This document shows positions 11,437 through 24,923 of a DNA stretch of 64,000 nt, in pieces. This stretch comes from Mustelus asterias. Lineage: Eukaryota. A model generated the notes under the pieces. The model made no database searches and was not told the origin of the DNA. It was given only the letters and a program-made list of their open reading frames with translations. The DNA lies in assembly GCF_964213995.1 (NCBI RefSeq), contig NW_027590190.1, positions 496,001-560,000 of the forward strand, read 5' to 3'. Position numbers and translations under genes: made by a program. Within the stretch, counting starts at the first letter, position 1. Each line of letters opens with the position of its first letter.

Positions 11437-14400
11437 GTCAGAGGTGGGAGAAGATTCCATCAAGAGGAAATTGAATGGGAAGCTGAAGGGAAAATATTGA
11501 CAGGGTTACGGGGAGAGGGTGGTGGATTGGGAATAGTGAAACTGCTCTTGCAGTGTGTCGATCCAGGCTTGACGGGCTGAATGGCCTCCTGTGCTGTCAC
11601 CGTTCTATGATTCACACACAAGTTAACTTCTCAGTGTCTATTAGGCCCCACTCGTTCCTCCATGATCAGTTCCAGCATTTCAAGTTCAGATCCCAGTACT
11701 TTTTAGTTGGGGCATTGAGGAGTAAAACAGAAATAGGAATGAGAGTGTCGGTGCGCTTATGTTTTTGTATTTCTGTGTGTGTGTGTGTGTGAGAGAGAGA
11801 GACAGTTTCTAAGTGTGTGTAAGTGTCTATTTCAATGTGTGTTTCTGTGTGTGTGATTGTGTTTCTCTGCGTGTGTCTGAGTGAGTGTGTGTCTGTGTCT
11901 GTGTGTGTGTCTCTCTCTGTGTCTTTGTGCATGTGTGTCTGTGAGTGTGCGTTTGTGTCTCTCTGCGTGTGTGTCTGTGAGTGTCTGTGTGTCNNNNNNN
12001 NNNNNNNNNNNNNNNNNNNNNNNNNNNNNNNNNNNNNNNNNNNNNNNNNNNNNNNNNNNNNNNNNNNNNNNNNNNNNNNNNNNNNNNNNNNNNNNNNNNN
12101 NNNNNNNNNNNNNNNNNNNNNNNNNNNNNNNNNNNNNNNNGTGGTGGAGCAGGCTCGATGGGTCAAATGGCCTCCAACTGCACATATTTGAGATTCAAAT
12201 ACATTGNNNNNNNNNNNNNNNNNNNNNNNNNNNNNNNNNNNNNNNNNNNNNNNNNNNNNNNNNNNNNNNNNNNNNNNNNNNNNNNNNNNNNNNNNNNNNN
12301 NNNNNNNNNNNNNNNNNNNNNNNNNNNNNNNNNNNNNNNNNNNNNNNNNNNNNNNNNNNNNNNNNNNNNNNNNNNNNNNNNNNNNNNNNNNNNNNNNNNN
12401 NNNNNNNNNNNNNNNNNNNATATTTATTGACCATTTAATGTGACTGAATGCTACACATCCTGGTTTGCCGATGACACAAAACATTAGACAGCATTGTAAG
12501 CAGCATAGCTGGAAACATTACATTGCAAAGAGTTATTCATATTTTGTACATGGACAAAACTGGTGGAGAGGTTTCAGTGCAGGGAAATGTAATTTGACAC
12601 AACTTAGATTTAAAAGGGATAGAACAACGCACTTTAATAAATGATGAAATGACAGAAACAGTGGAAGCTCCAAATGTCCAGATATTTCACAGCTGAATTC
12701 ACACAATACACACAGCAATGGATCTGATATTGTGGAATTGTTGTAAATGTGGTTAATCTCAGTACGGAGGCTGTCTTCATGTTACAATGTTAATCTGATC
12801 ACTCTCATCAAAACAGGATCAACATTTCTGTACAATGTGAGTGAATCATCAGCTCAAATAGTTCAGGTTCAGTGTTTAAAATAACCAGTCACTTTTCTGT
12901 GGCTGCTTTGGGAATGTCAGTGGAATGTAGTTCACAGTAAAATGTGAACAATTGTACTGGGGAATAATTGGAAGCAGTTTCCATTGAGAGCTTCCTGCAT
13001 TCTGGAAATGTGTGTGATCCATTCAGAGATTGGAAATGGACAGATGAATAAAGATGCAGTTTGTTGTTAATTACATGAGATTGTCTGCCTTGAAGATTCA
13101 CAAGTTCCATGTGCTGAGAGAAAGGAATGATTAAACAATGTCTATAATTCAAATCCTTCAGACAAGTGAAAAAGCAGGAGAACAACTGAATCCACAAACG
13201 CTGCCACAGACAGTAGTCGAAGCTTCAACTTCATGTTTGAATGTGAAGGGCTGATTGAAATAAACAGGGGACCACACTGGGATGCTGAGCAATTTGATTC
13301 CTGTTTTTCCTAAACTTCAAAATAAAAATCTGTGATGAAACATTCCTTGGACAGAGCAGAGGGAATTTTACTCTGTATTTAGCCCATTAAAGTATTTGTG
13401 TTGTGAACATTTGATGAACAGTGCAGATTAAACATTATTCTTAACCGCTGGAATTTAAGTTGGGGGCTGATTTAATCAAACATTGAAAATAATGAGGGAA
13501 AGGGAGAGGCTGATAAAGAACAAGTTTTTCTGCTGGCTGGGAAATCCAGGATTTGGGAATATTTGAATGTTAGCCTCAGTTTAGAATTTTAGAATTGTAG
13601 AAATGGAAACATTGCCAGATGTGGTGTGGAGTTAGTTTGAAACAATCTTCTGCAAATGGCTATTGATGCTCAGTCACTTTTTATTATTTTAAACCTAGAG
13701 TTGATAGATTTTCCTTCGTCCAAGGGGTTAAGAGATAGAGAGTTAGATCACAGATCAGCCAGGATCTTATTGAATATTGGAACAGGCTTTCAGGAAGATT
13801 GTTCCAGATTCCAAACACCCTCTTGATGAAGTGCTTTTCCTCACTTCACTTCTGATCCATTTCCCCATCATTTAGAATCTGTGCCCTCTAGTTCATGACC
13901 ATCTCTTGAGAGGGAAGAGTTTCTCACTCTTTAACCTGTTGATACCCCTTAGGATCTTGAATCTCTCTCTCAAGTCTCACCTCAGCCTTCTTTCCTCCAA
14001 GGAAAACAGTCCCAACCTCTCCAATCTACCCTCGTAGCTACAGATCTTATTCCCTGGAATCATTCTTGTGAATCTCCTCTGCACTCTCTCCAATTTCTTC
14101 ACATCCCTCCTCAAGTACGGAGCCCAGAACTGGGCGCAGTCTCCAGATGAGGCCTAACAAGTGTCTTATACAAGTTCAATATGAACTCCTTACTCTTGTC
14201 CTCAATCCCTCCATTAATAAAAGCTGGGATACCATATACTTCATTTACTGCTCTCTCAAAGTGCCCTGCCACCTTCACTGACGTATGTACATATTAGAAT
14301 CATGGAATCCCTACAGTGCAGAAGGAGGCCATACAGCCCATCGAGCCTGCGCTGACAACATTCCCACCCAGGCCCTATCCCCGTGATGCAACGTATTTAC

Positions 14401-16767
14401 CCTGATAATACTGGCATGAATTGAGAAATGGTTAACGGACAGAAAACAGAGCTTAGGTACAAATGGGTCATTTTCAGGGTGGCAGGCTGTGACCAGCGGC
14501 TTATCACAAGGATCGGTACTCGGGAGCCCAGCTATTCACAATCCATATCATTGATTTGGACGTTTGGGATCAAATGTAATATTTCCGAGTTTGCAGATGA
14601 CATGAAAGCAGGTGGAAGTGTGAGTTGTGAGGAGGATGTAGACTCTTCAAGGGGATGTGGGAGAGGCTGAATTAGTGGTGAAACCACACACGGAGTGTTG
14701 TGGACAGTTTTATCCTCTTACCTAAGGAAAGATATTCTTGTCCGAGAGGGACTTCAATGACATTTCACTGCATTAATTCCTGGGATGGAGGGATTGTCCT
14801 CTGAGGAAAGAAAATGGACTTTTACTTTATGCACTTGAGAAGCATGAGAGGTGACCTCATTCAAACTTGGACAATTCTTACAGGGCTCAGCAGGGTCGAG
14901 TCATAGAGGTTTACAGCATGGAAACGCGCTTTGGCCCAACTTGTCCATGCCGCCCAGTTTTTACCATTAAGCTAATCACAATTGCCTGTGTTTCGCCCAT
15001 ATCCCTCTATACCAATCTTACCCATGTAACTGTCTAAATGCTTTTTAAAACATAAAATTGTACCCGCCCCTACTACTGCCCCTGGCAGCTCATTCCAGAC
15101 ACTCACCACCCTCTGTGTGAAAAGAATTGCCCTCTGGACCCTTTTGTATCTCTCCCCTCTCACCTTAAACCAATGCCCTCTAGTTTTAGACTCCCCTACC
15201 TTTGGGAAAAGATATTGACTATCTAGCTGATCTATGCCCCTCATTATTTTATAGACCTCTATAAAATCACCCCTCAGTCTTCTACGCTACAGGGAAAAGA
15301 GTCCCAGTCTGTACAACCTCTCCTTAAAACCCAAACCATCATGTCCGGGTAGCATCTTAGTAAGTCTTTTTTGCACTCTTTCTAGTTTAATAATATCCAT
15401 TCTAAAATAGGGTGACCAGAACTGTACACAGTATTCCAAGCGTGGCCTTAATAATGTCTTGTACAACTTCAACAAGACGTCCCAACTCCTGTATTCAATG
15501 TTCTGACCAATGAAACCAAGCATGCTGAATGCCTTCTTCACCACTCTGTCCACCTGTGACTCCACTGTCAAGAAGCTATGAACCTGTACCCCGAGATCTC
15601 TTTGTTCCATAACTCTCCCCAACCCCCAAACGTTAGCTGAGTAGATACAGGAAGGATGTTTCCCCCGGCTGGGGGCGGGGGGGGGGGGGGGGGGGGGGGG
15701 GTGGTGGTGGTGGTGGTGCGGGTGTCTAGAACCATGGCATAGTCGCAGAGTAAGGGGGCAGGACATTTAGGACTGAGATAAGAACATAAGAAATAGGAGC
15801 AGGAGTAGGCCATCTAGCCCCTCGAGCCTGCCCCGCCATTCAATAAGATCATGGCTGATCTGAAGTGGATCAGTTCCACTTACCCGCCTGATCCCCATAA
15901 CCCCTAATTCCCTTACTGATCAGGAATCCATCTCTCCGTGATTTAAACATATTCAACGAGGTAGCCTCCACCACTTCAGTGGGCAGAGAATTCCAGAGAT
16001 TCACCACCCTCTGAGAGAAGAAGTTCCTCCTCAACTCTGTCCTAAACTGACCCCCCTTTATTTTGAGGCTGTGCCCTCTAGTTCTAGCTTCCTTTCTAAG
16101 TGGAAAGAATCTCTCCACCTCTACCCTATCCAGCCCCTTCATTATCTTATAGGTCTCCATAAGATCTGCTCAGTCTCTCCTTATAATCAACACCCCTCAT
16201 CTCCGGTATCAACCTGGTGAACCTTCTCTGCACTCCCTCCAAGGCCAATATATCCTTCCGCAAATAAGGGGACCAATACTGCACACAGTATTCCAGCTGC
16301 GGCCTCACCAATGCCCTGTACAGATGCAGCAAGACATCTCTGCTTTTATATTCTATCCCCCTTGCGATATAGGCCAACATCCCATTTGCCTTCTTGATCA
16401 CCTGTTGCACCTGCAGACTGGGTTTTTGCGTCTCATGCACAAGGACCCCCAGGTCCCTTTGCACAGCAGCATGTTGTAATTTTTGTCCATTTAGATAATA
16501 ATCCAATTTGCTATTATTTCCTCCAAAGTGAATCAACTCGCATTTGTCAACGTTATACTCCATCTGCCAGATCCTCGCCCACTCACTCAGCCTGTCCAAA
16601 TCTCTCTGCAGACCTTCTACGCCCTCCGCACGATTCACTTTTCCACTTATCTTTGTGTCGTCTGCAAACTTTGTTACCCTACACTCCGTCCCCTCCTCCG
16701 GATCGTCTATATAAATGGTAAATAGTTGAGGCCCCAGTACCGATCCCTGCGGCACGCCACTAGTTAC

Positions 16768-17710
16768 TCCAGCTGTGGCCTAACCAACGCTCTGTACAAC
16801 TCCAACATTAACTCTTTGCTCTTCTACTCTGCGCCATGACTGATAAAAGCAAGTGTCTCATCTGCCTTCTTTACCACTTGATTCACCTGCTCTGCTGCCT
16901 TCAGGGATCTGTGAATAATTGCCCAAGATCCATATGTTCCTCTGAGCTTCCCAGTGTCCTGCAACTCATTAAATACTCCCTTGCCTTGTTACTGCTTCCA
17001 AAGTGCATCACCTCGCACCTATCAGGGTCAAATACCATCTGCCACTGCTCTGCCTATCTGACCAACCCAGCGATATCTTCCTGTAACCTACAACCTTCTT
17101 CACTATTAACCATCCTACCAATCTTGGTGTCATCTGGAACCTTGCTTATCATTGCCCCCGCATTATCATCTGTCTCATTTATGTATAACAACAATAAGCC
17201 CCCCAGCACGGAGCCTTGTGGTGCCCCACTGGACACCGGCCTCCAGCCACTCAAACAGCCTTCCAACACCACCCTTTGTGTCCAATTACTAAACCAGTTT
17301 CGGATCCATCTCGCCAAGGTTTCCTGAATTCCATGTGCTTCCAGGGTGGTAAATCTTTGGAATTCCCTATCCCAGAGGGCTGTGGAGGCTCAGTCATCGT
17401 TCACAGACTGAGATGGATAGGTTTCTACAGGCCCAGTCGACTCAATCTCTCCTCATACGACAATCCTGCCATCCCAGGAATCAGTCTGGTGTGCCTCCGC
17501 TGCTCTCCCTCTATGGTAAACGCAGCATTTCATAGTTGCAGAGACAAAAACTGTACACAATATTCCAGGTGTGGTCTCACCGAGGGCCTGTACAGCTGCA
17601 GTAAGACATCCTTGCTCCTTTCCTCAAGTTCTCTTGCAATGAAGGCCAACATACCATTTGCCTTCCTAACTGTTTGCTGTAGCTGCATGCTTGCTTTCAG
17701 TCTCTGGTGT
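16768..17710 (-). mobile_element. CR1 LINE fragments
   Basis: QRVVLEGCLSGWRPVSSGAPQGSVLG...PDDTKIG. Confidence 0.75.
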
Positions 17711-17714
17711 ACTG

Positions 17715-18203
17715 GGGCAGAGTTTACTGATACAAGGCCCAGATTGTAATAACTGAGAGAGGTTTAGGGCAGAGATTACTGATACAAGGCCCAGATTGTA
17801 ATAACTGAGAGTGGTTTAGGGCAGAGTTTACTGATACCAGGCCCAGATTGTAATAACTGAGAGTGGTTTAGGGCAGCGATTACTGATACAAGGCCCATAT
17901 TGTAATAACTGAGAGAGGTTTCAGGCAGAGTTTACTGATACCAGGCCCAGATTGTAATAACTGAGAGAGGTTTCGGGCAGAGTTTACTGATACAAGGCCC
18001 AGATTGTAATAACAGAGAGAGGTTTCGGGCAGAGATTACTGATACAAGGCCCAGATTGTAATAACTGAGAGAGGTTTTGGGCAGAGTTTACTGATACAAG
18101 GCCCATATTGTAATAACTGAGAGAGGTTTCAGGCAGAGTTTACTGATACAAGGCCCATATTGTATTAACTGAGGGAGGTTTCGGGCAGAGTTTACTGATA
18201 CAA
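17715..18203. repeat. 52-bp minisatellite, ~9 copies
   Basis: Same unit as 8190-8563. Confidence 0.9.
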
Positions 18204-18772
18204 GATCCGGCAGGATTTACTGTTTGATAATCCAGCTGTTTGGCCCCGTTATGAGCACACCTTCCATGGCCATCAAGTCCACAAGTCGGCCTTGAACCCT
18301 TGAAGAATGAGAGGCGATCCCATTGAAACAGACTTAAAATTCTTACAGGGTGTGACAGGGTGGATGTAGATTGGATGTTTCCCCTGGCTGGTGAGACTAG
18401 AACCAGGGGACACAATCTCAGAATCAGGGGCAGACCATTGAAGTCTGAGATGAGGAGGAATTTCTTCACTCAGAGGGTGGTGAATCTTTGGAATTTTCTA
18501 TTCCAGGGGGATGTGGAAGCCCAATCATTCAGCATGTTCAAGAGGCAAATCGATTGTGTGAANNNNNNNNNNNNNNNNNNNNNNNNNNNNNNNNNNNNNN
18601 NNNNNNNNNNNNNNNNNNNNNNNNNNNNNNNNNNNNNNNNNNNNNNNNNNNNNNNNNNNNNNNNNNNNNNNNNNNNNNNNNNNNNNNNNNNNNNNNNNCG
18701 TGTGTGTTTATTACTGTGTGCGTCTGAGTGTTACTGGGTGAGAATATCTGTTTCTGTGTGTTTTCATCGAAT

Positions 18773-19077
18773 CCTAGACTCCTACAGTGCAGAAGGAGGC
18801 CATTTGGCCCATTGAGTCTGTACCGACCACAATCCCACTCAGGCCCTATCCCCATTACCCCATGCATTTACCCGAGCTAGTCTCCCTGACGCGGAGGGAC
18901 AATTTAGCACGGCCAATGCACCTGAACCAGAACGTCTTTCAGACTGTGGGAGGAAACCGGAGCACCCGGAGGAAACCCACGCAGACACGGGGAGAACGTG
19001 CAAAGTCCGCACAGACAGTGACCCAAGGTGGGAACCGAACCCGAGTCCCTGGCACTGTGAGGCAGCAGTGCTAACTG
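18773..19077 (-). mobile_element. V-SINE with CR1-type tail
   Basis: Reverse-complement V-domain actgtgggaggaaaccggagcacccggaggaaacccacgcagacacggggagaac and tRNA-like head. Confidence 0.8.
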
Positions 19078-21199
19078 TGTGTTTGGTGTGTGTGTGTTTA
19101 TTGTGTTTGTGTGTGTGATTTATGTGTGTTTGTTGTGTGTGCGCGTGTTTTGTGTGTGTGCGTGTTTTGTGTGTGTGCGTGTTTTATGTGTGTTTGTGTG
19201 TGCGTGTTTTGTGTGTGTTGGTGTGTGCGTGTTTTGTGTGCGTACGTGCACCATGATCTGTTTGAATGCTGGCGCTGGATCGATGGGCCAAATGGCCTAC
19301 ACCTGCTCCTATTTTCCTTTGAGATTTAAATACATTGACACACATGCACGCTGACACACACACACAGAAAGATATACACAGTGTTGATGTATTTATTCAC
19401 CACTTAATGTGACTGAATGCTACACATCCCAGTTTACCAAAGACACACAATATTCAGCAGCATTGTAAACAGCGCAGCTGGAAACATCAAATTGGGGATT
19501 TGGTTTGAAAAAGGGTCAAAGCCTCTCTTGCTAAAGGCTGTTTGTCTATATTGTGCTGACAGTGATACACTGCCATCCTCTGCTGCCTGCTGGACATTGC
19601 TCCAGCCGCAGAGAGAGTGAAGTAGATCAGAAACTCACTGGGAGAGAATGCAGCTTCACACAGTATCCATCCAAAACGACAGGAGCATCAGCACACACAC
19701 AAGCTCCGTGTGGAGACTGAGAGGGGCTCAGTGTGGAACACAGACCTTCACACTAAACCTGGAAGGACATTGATAAAGAGTTTAAAACAAAACTTCAGCA
19801 AATGTTTTGAAACATTTTGGTCCGTGGAAAAGTGCAGTGTGTAAAAAGCTGAAGATGTTTCCATTTCACATCTTCCTGCTTTGGGGAAATGGGAGTTATC
19901 TTTGCATTTACAAGGATATGGGGAGGGAGGTGTTTGAATGGACATACAGCTTTTTGGGTGATTAAAGTGTTAACTTTGTTTCCAGAAGCTGTTTACAGTG
20001 ATTGTCCCGAGAGATTGTATTGTTTCAGTGATGTCGACGTCTCCAATACTTCAGACAGAGGAAGGAAACAATTTTCAAAAGGAAAGATTGGGGGAATCAC
20101 TACATTGAAGGTGTGAGGCCTCATCACTCTCTGTCTGGTTTTGTTCTGTAATCTTTACATGTTTAAACACTGAAACCTCTTGCCCTTGTTGGGAATATCA
20201 CTGCGGTTTGAGAAAAGCAAACACTGATCCCACACTAAACACCCCCCCAACACAGGACTGAGCAGAGAGTGTGAAATGTGACTGGTGTCAGAGTGGATTG
20301 TCAAACAGAAGGGATTTGAAAAATCTCTAAATGATTCATTGATTAAAAACTCTAACATTAATGTCCCGCATCATAAACATCTGCTTCATTATTGTATCTT
20401 TCTTTTACAGATCAAGTGATGGGTTGAATTTTGGACGGTGTAGATTTCCCTCAGCTGATTATTAAGATTCCTGATTGACACAAATACAATATCTGCTGTC
20501 GGTGACTCCAACAGTGAAATTCTCTCAGTTTATCATTCTGAATCTGTCACTGAGACAATTGTGGTCGGTAGTTCAGTTTTCAGTGTGAAATGTAGAAGGT
20601 AACTTTTGTTGCAATGTAATTGTAGTTAATAATTTTCCTGTAGTTTAAATCTCAGGTATAAATTAATAACTTTTCTCGTTCCTTATTCACAATTGTTCAT
20701 TTCCCGTGATGTTGAGCTCCGGTTTTCTCTTTCTGGTGTCTGGTACAGCTGTACAGATATTGGGCAGCTCAGAGCATAGGGGTTCAGATCTCATTGTGAA
20801 GCTCAAAGGTCAGATTCACTTTTGTTAACTTTAAAATCAATTTTCCTGTCAAATATTCTCTGAATTTTTAAATAAATATTGAATGTAAAATTAAATCTGA
20901 CTTTGCCAAGCTCTCTTTCTGTATTTCTCTGTTCGGAGTCTCTGATCGATGCTAAGGGCCTAGTATTTGAGGCTCTGAGCTGAACCCACAATCTGTCTGA
21001 TTCTGAGGGAAGATTACTGCCACTCAGATACAGCTGGCTGCAATATCCCCTTGAAATATATCTGTTGTGTAAAGAGCCACATGTTTTTTTTCCCCTGTGT
21101 CTGCTGTCCTTAAAGAACTATTGAATAATCTAAACATCCGCATTAATGATCACAGAACAAGGCCAACATGGGGGAATTGAGTATCAGGTTTAAAAGTTT

Positions 21200-21487
21200 T
21201 TTTATTAGTGTCACAAGTAGGGTTACATTAACACTGCAATGAAGTTACTGTGGAAAATCCATAGTCGCCATGCTCTTGCACCTGTTTGGGCAACTTGGGG
21301 AGAATTTAGCATGGCTGATACACCTAACCAGCGCGTCTTTCGAACTGTGGGAGGAAACCGCAGGACCCGGTGGAAACCCACGCAGACACGGGGAGAATGT
21401 ACAAACTCCACACTGACAGTGACCCAAGCCAGGAATCAAACCCGGGTCCCTGGCGCTGTGAGGCAGCAGCGCTAACCACTGTGCCGC
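21200..21487 (-). mobile_element. V-SINE
   Basis: Same head, V-domain and tail as 7116-7403, inverted. Confidence 0.85.
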
Positions 21488-21499
21488 ACCTCATCGATA

Positions 21500-22450
21500 A
21501 ATTGTGCAGTTGTGGATTGCACAGGATAGGAGGGATGTGATAGCACTGGAAAAGGTGCAGAGGAGATTCACCAGGATGTTGCCTGGCCTGGAGATTTTTA
21601 GTTCATCGAATCATAGAATCCCTACAGTCCAGAATGAGGCCATTCGACCCATCAAATCTGCACGGACTCTTACCCAGGCTTACCCCGTAAACCCACGTGT
21701 TTTCCCGCTAATCCCCCTAACCTATACATCGTGGGACCCTCAGGGCAATTTTGCATGGACAATGCACCCGGAGGAAACCCACGCAGACATGGGGAGAATG
21801 TGCAAACTCCACACAGACAGTAACCCGAGGCCGGAATTGAACCCGGGTCCCTGGCGCTGTGAGGCAGCAGTGCTAACCACTGTGCCACCGTGCCGCCACT
21901 CGAACTGAAGAGAGATTTTATAGACTGAGGGTGTGATCTTGCCACCTGTTGATGCCACACTCCCGCTCAGCGAGGTCGGAGAATCTGGTGACCAGCCAAA
22001 TCTCCTTTCACTGCAGTGGGATGGGAAAATCCTGCCGGCCTGAACGGTGATAAGATTCCACCCTGGGGTTGTTTTCCGTGAAGCAGAGGAGGCTGAGGGG
22101 GAACATGATGGAGATGGATAAGATTATGAGGGACATCGATAGAGTAGACGGGAAGAAAGCTTTCCCCTTGGTGGTGGGATCAATGACCAGGGGGTATAGA
22201 TTTAGGGTAAGGGGCAGGAGGTTTACAGGGGATGTGAGGAAAACCTTTTTCACCCAGAGGGTGGTGGGAGTCTGGAACTCTCTGCCTGAAAGGGTGGTGG
22301 AGGCAGAGACCCTCAGAACGTTTAAGAAGTGCTTAGCTATGCATTTGCAATGCCAAGGCTTACCAGGCCGTGAGCCAAGTTAGGTGATTTGTCTTTGGCC
22401 GGCACAGATGCAATGGGCCGAAGGGCCTTTTCTGTTCTCTAGACCTCCAT
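21500..22450 (+). mobile_element. CR1 3' fragment interrupted by a V-SINE (~21608-21897, -) and a MITE-like element (21928-22064)
   Basis: [15 protein letters not shown] ... FFTQRVVGVWNSLP; MITE ends agggtgtgatctt / aagattccaccct are imperfect inverted repeats. Confidence 0.75.
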
Positions 22451-23109
22451 TGCTAAAACACAACCTCACTGACCCAGCTTCTGGTCATCCATCCAAATCT
22501 CTCCCTCCACAGCTCGGGGACAAATCCTGCCGCGCAATCTTCCTTTGAAGTGGCTTTGGACATTTCATTCTCCGTGAGGACTTGTCCGGACAGTGGTTGC
22601 TGTTGTTGTGTTTGTCTCAGTGTCAGCTCAGAAACATGGACAACATGTTAGAAATGGCCGTCTCCCAGTGAGTGTGAGGACAGGGCAGGCTTTGAGCGAG
22701 GCCTGGGCCGCTCCCTGAAGGACACAGGGCCACCATTGTGCTTTTTGCTGACAAACAGAAAGCTTTCACCCCTCTCTCTCTCTCGTGTCTCATCTCACTC
22801 ACATTCTGCCCCTTCCATTCACTCTGTGCTGCGTTCTGGAGGAGGCTGCCAGCTTTATCCGCCACAGAGCATCTGCCAACAAGAACATCAGATGAAACTT
22901 TCCATTCCCCAAGTCCCTCTTTCCTCTCTGCTCCTCGCTGTCTTTCCGGAGGAAATGGGATGGGAAGCTGATGGGAAAAGATTTGCAGGGCTCCAGGGAC
23001 AAGGTGGAGCAGTGGGACTGGCTCGATTGCTCTAGCAGAGAGTCGACACCAGCTGAATGGGCTGAATGGCCTCCTTCATTCTGTGACTATTCTATGGTTG
23101 ACACACAAT

Positions 23110-23450
23110 AGATAGTCAATATCTTTTCCCAAAGGTAGGGGAGTCTAAAACTCGAGGGCATGGGTTTAAGGTGAGCGGGGAGAGATACAAAAGTGTCCAG
23201 AGGGGCAATCTTTTCACACAGAGAGTGATGAGCGTCTGGAACAAGCTGCCAGAGGTCGTAGTAGAGATGGACACAATTTTATCTTTTAAAAAGCATTTAG
23301 ACTGTTACATGGGTAAGATAGATGTAGAGGGATATGGGCCAAATGTGGGGAATTGGGACCAGCTTAGGGGTTAAAAGAAAAAGGGCAGCATGACAAGTTG
23401 GGCCAAAGGGCCTGTTTCCATGCTGTAAACATCTATGACACTATGACAAC
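23110..23450 (+). mobile_element. CR1 3' end
   Basis: LFTQRVMSVWNKLPEVVV; ctatgaca tail repeats. Confidence 0.75.
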
Positions 23451-23477
23451 TTGTCATTTGGGTCTCAACTTCAAGTT

Positions 23478-24107
23478 TCTAGGTGTCCAGATCACCAACA
23501 ACTTGTCCTGGTCCCCCCCATGCCGACACTATAATTGAGAAAGCCCACCAACACGTCTACTTTCTCAGGAGGCTAAGGAAATTTGGCATGTCAGCTACGA
23601 CTCTCACCAACTTCTACAGATGCACCATAGAAAGCATCCTTTCTGTATCACGGCTTGGTATGGTTTCTGCTCTGTCCAAGACTGCAAGAAATTACAAAAG
23701 GTCGTGAATGTAGCCCCGTCCATCACGCAGACTAGCCTCCCATTCATTGACTCTGTCTACACTTCCCGCGGCCTTAGAAAAGCAGCCAGCATAATTAAGG
23801 ACCTCATGCACACATTCTCTCTTCCACCTTCTTCCGTCAGGAAAAAGATACAAAGTCTGAGATCACGTACCAACCGACTCAAGAACTTCCCTGCTGCCCT
23901 CAGACTTTTGAATGGACCTGCTACATATTAGATTTATCTTTCTCTACACCCTACCTATGACTGCAACACTACATTCTGCACCCTCTCTTTTACTTCTCCC
24001 CGATGTACTCTATGAACGGTATGTTTTGTCTGTACAGCATACAAGAAACAATACTTTTCACTGTATCCCAATACATGCGACAGTAATAAATCAAATCAAA
24101 TCAAAAT
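23478..24107 (+). mobile_element. Rex1/Babar-like LINE 3' fragment (partial copy 28899-29067)
   Basis: KAHQHVYFLRRLRKFG...FYRCTIESILS / CITAWYG...KKLQKVV; (aaatc)n tail. Confidence 0.75.
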
Positions 24108-24730
24108 CCTCCCAATTCTTTCCTCCACGATAGGTCGCAGCATTTAAAGAACACGCCCAGGGCCCGGTGCTGAGTCTGAGGGTATGTGACTACAGTAAGG
24201 TGAGTGATACAGGAGGGTCTCACTGTCTGAGGGAGGTGAGTCTTAGCCGGGGGGTGCGTGAGTGACCCAGGTTAATCTGACACTCCAGGGACAGTTGGAA
24301 TGGAGCTTTCCCCCGGGCTGTCCCCTCCCCGTGTCTGCGTGGGTTTCCTCCGGGTGCTCCGGTTTCCTCCCACAGTCTGAAAGATGTGCTGGTTAGGGTG
24401 CATTGGCCGTGCTAAATTCTCCCTCAGTGTAACCCGAACAGGCACCGGAGTGTGGGCGACTAGGGGATTCTCACAGTAACTTCATTGCAGTGTTAATGTA
24501 AGCCTACTTCTGACACTAATAAATAAACTGAAACTGAAGGTCAAGGTGCTGCTGTGACAATGCACTCTTGTTTAAACACTCTGCAATGCTGAGACTGGGA
24601 GAAGTGACCAACAGGGGGCAGCATTGCAGCTTCTGTCCCCCTATTGAAACTGGGATTGTTGCTCCATCTGCTGCACAATCCCAACCCCATCCACTGGGGG
24701 CAATCTGGACACTGGCTGCAGACAGACCTC

Positions 24731-24923
24731 ACTGCGCATGCGCAGTAATGACACCCACCGCCGGCGGCCATTTTGCGTTGCCAAGGGAGACGGCCAGCGG
24801 CCATATTCCGTTGCCAAGGGAGACGGCGGCGGCGACCATCTTGCGTTGCCGGGGAGACGGCATCAATGCGGCGGCGTCCCGCGCGCTGACGTCTGTGAGC
24901 ATTCCCGTCCCGCACATGCGCAG
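24731..24923. promoter_or_regulatory. NRF1/YY1/RFX-like promoter (copy 2)
   Basis: Perfect palindrome ACTGCGCATGCGCAGT at 24731-24746; three YY1+X-box-like units. Confidence 0.65.

Larger units (their letters stand above)
1..11993 (+). repeat. Segmental duplication unit 1 (zinc-finger locus; starts before window)
   Basis: 213-4775 matches 12141-16767 almost base for base; 9304-11990 matches 24443-28200 apart from a CR1 insertion. Confidence 0.9.

Noticed and set aside
19490-21180. Apparently unique sequence with isolated splice-like sites
   Set aside because: No coherent exon or protein motif could be recognised
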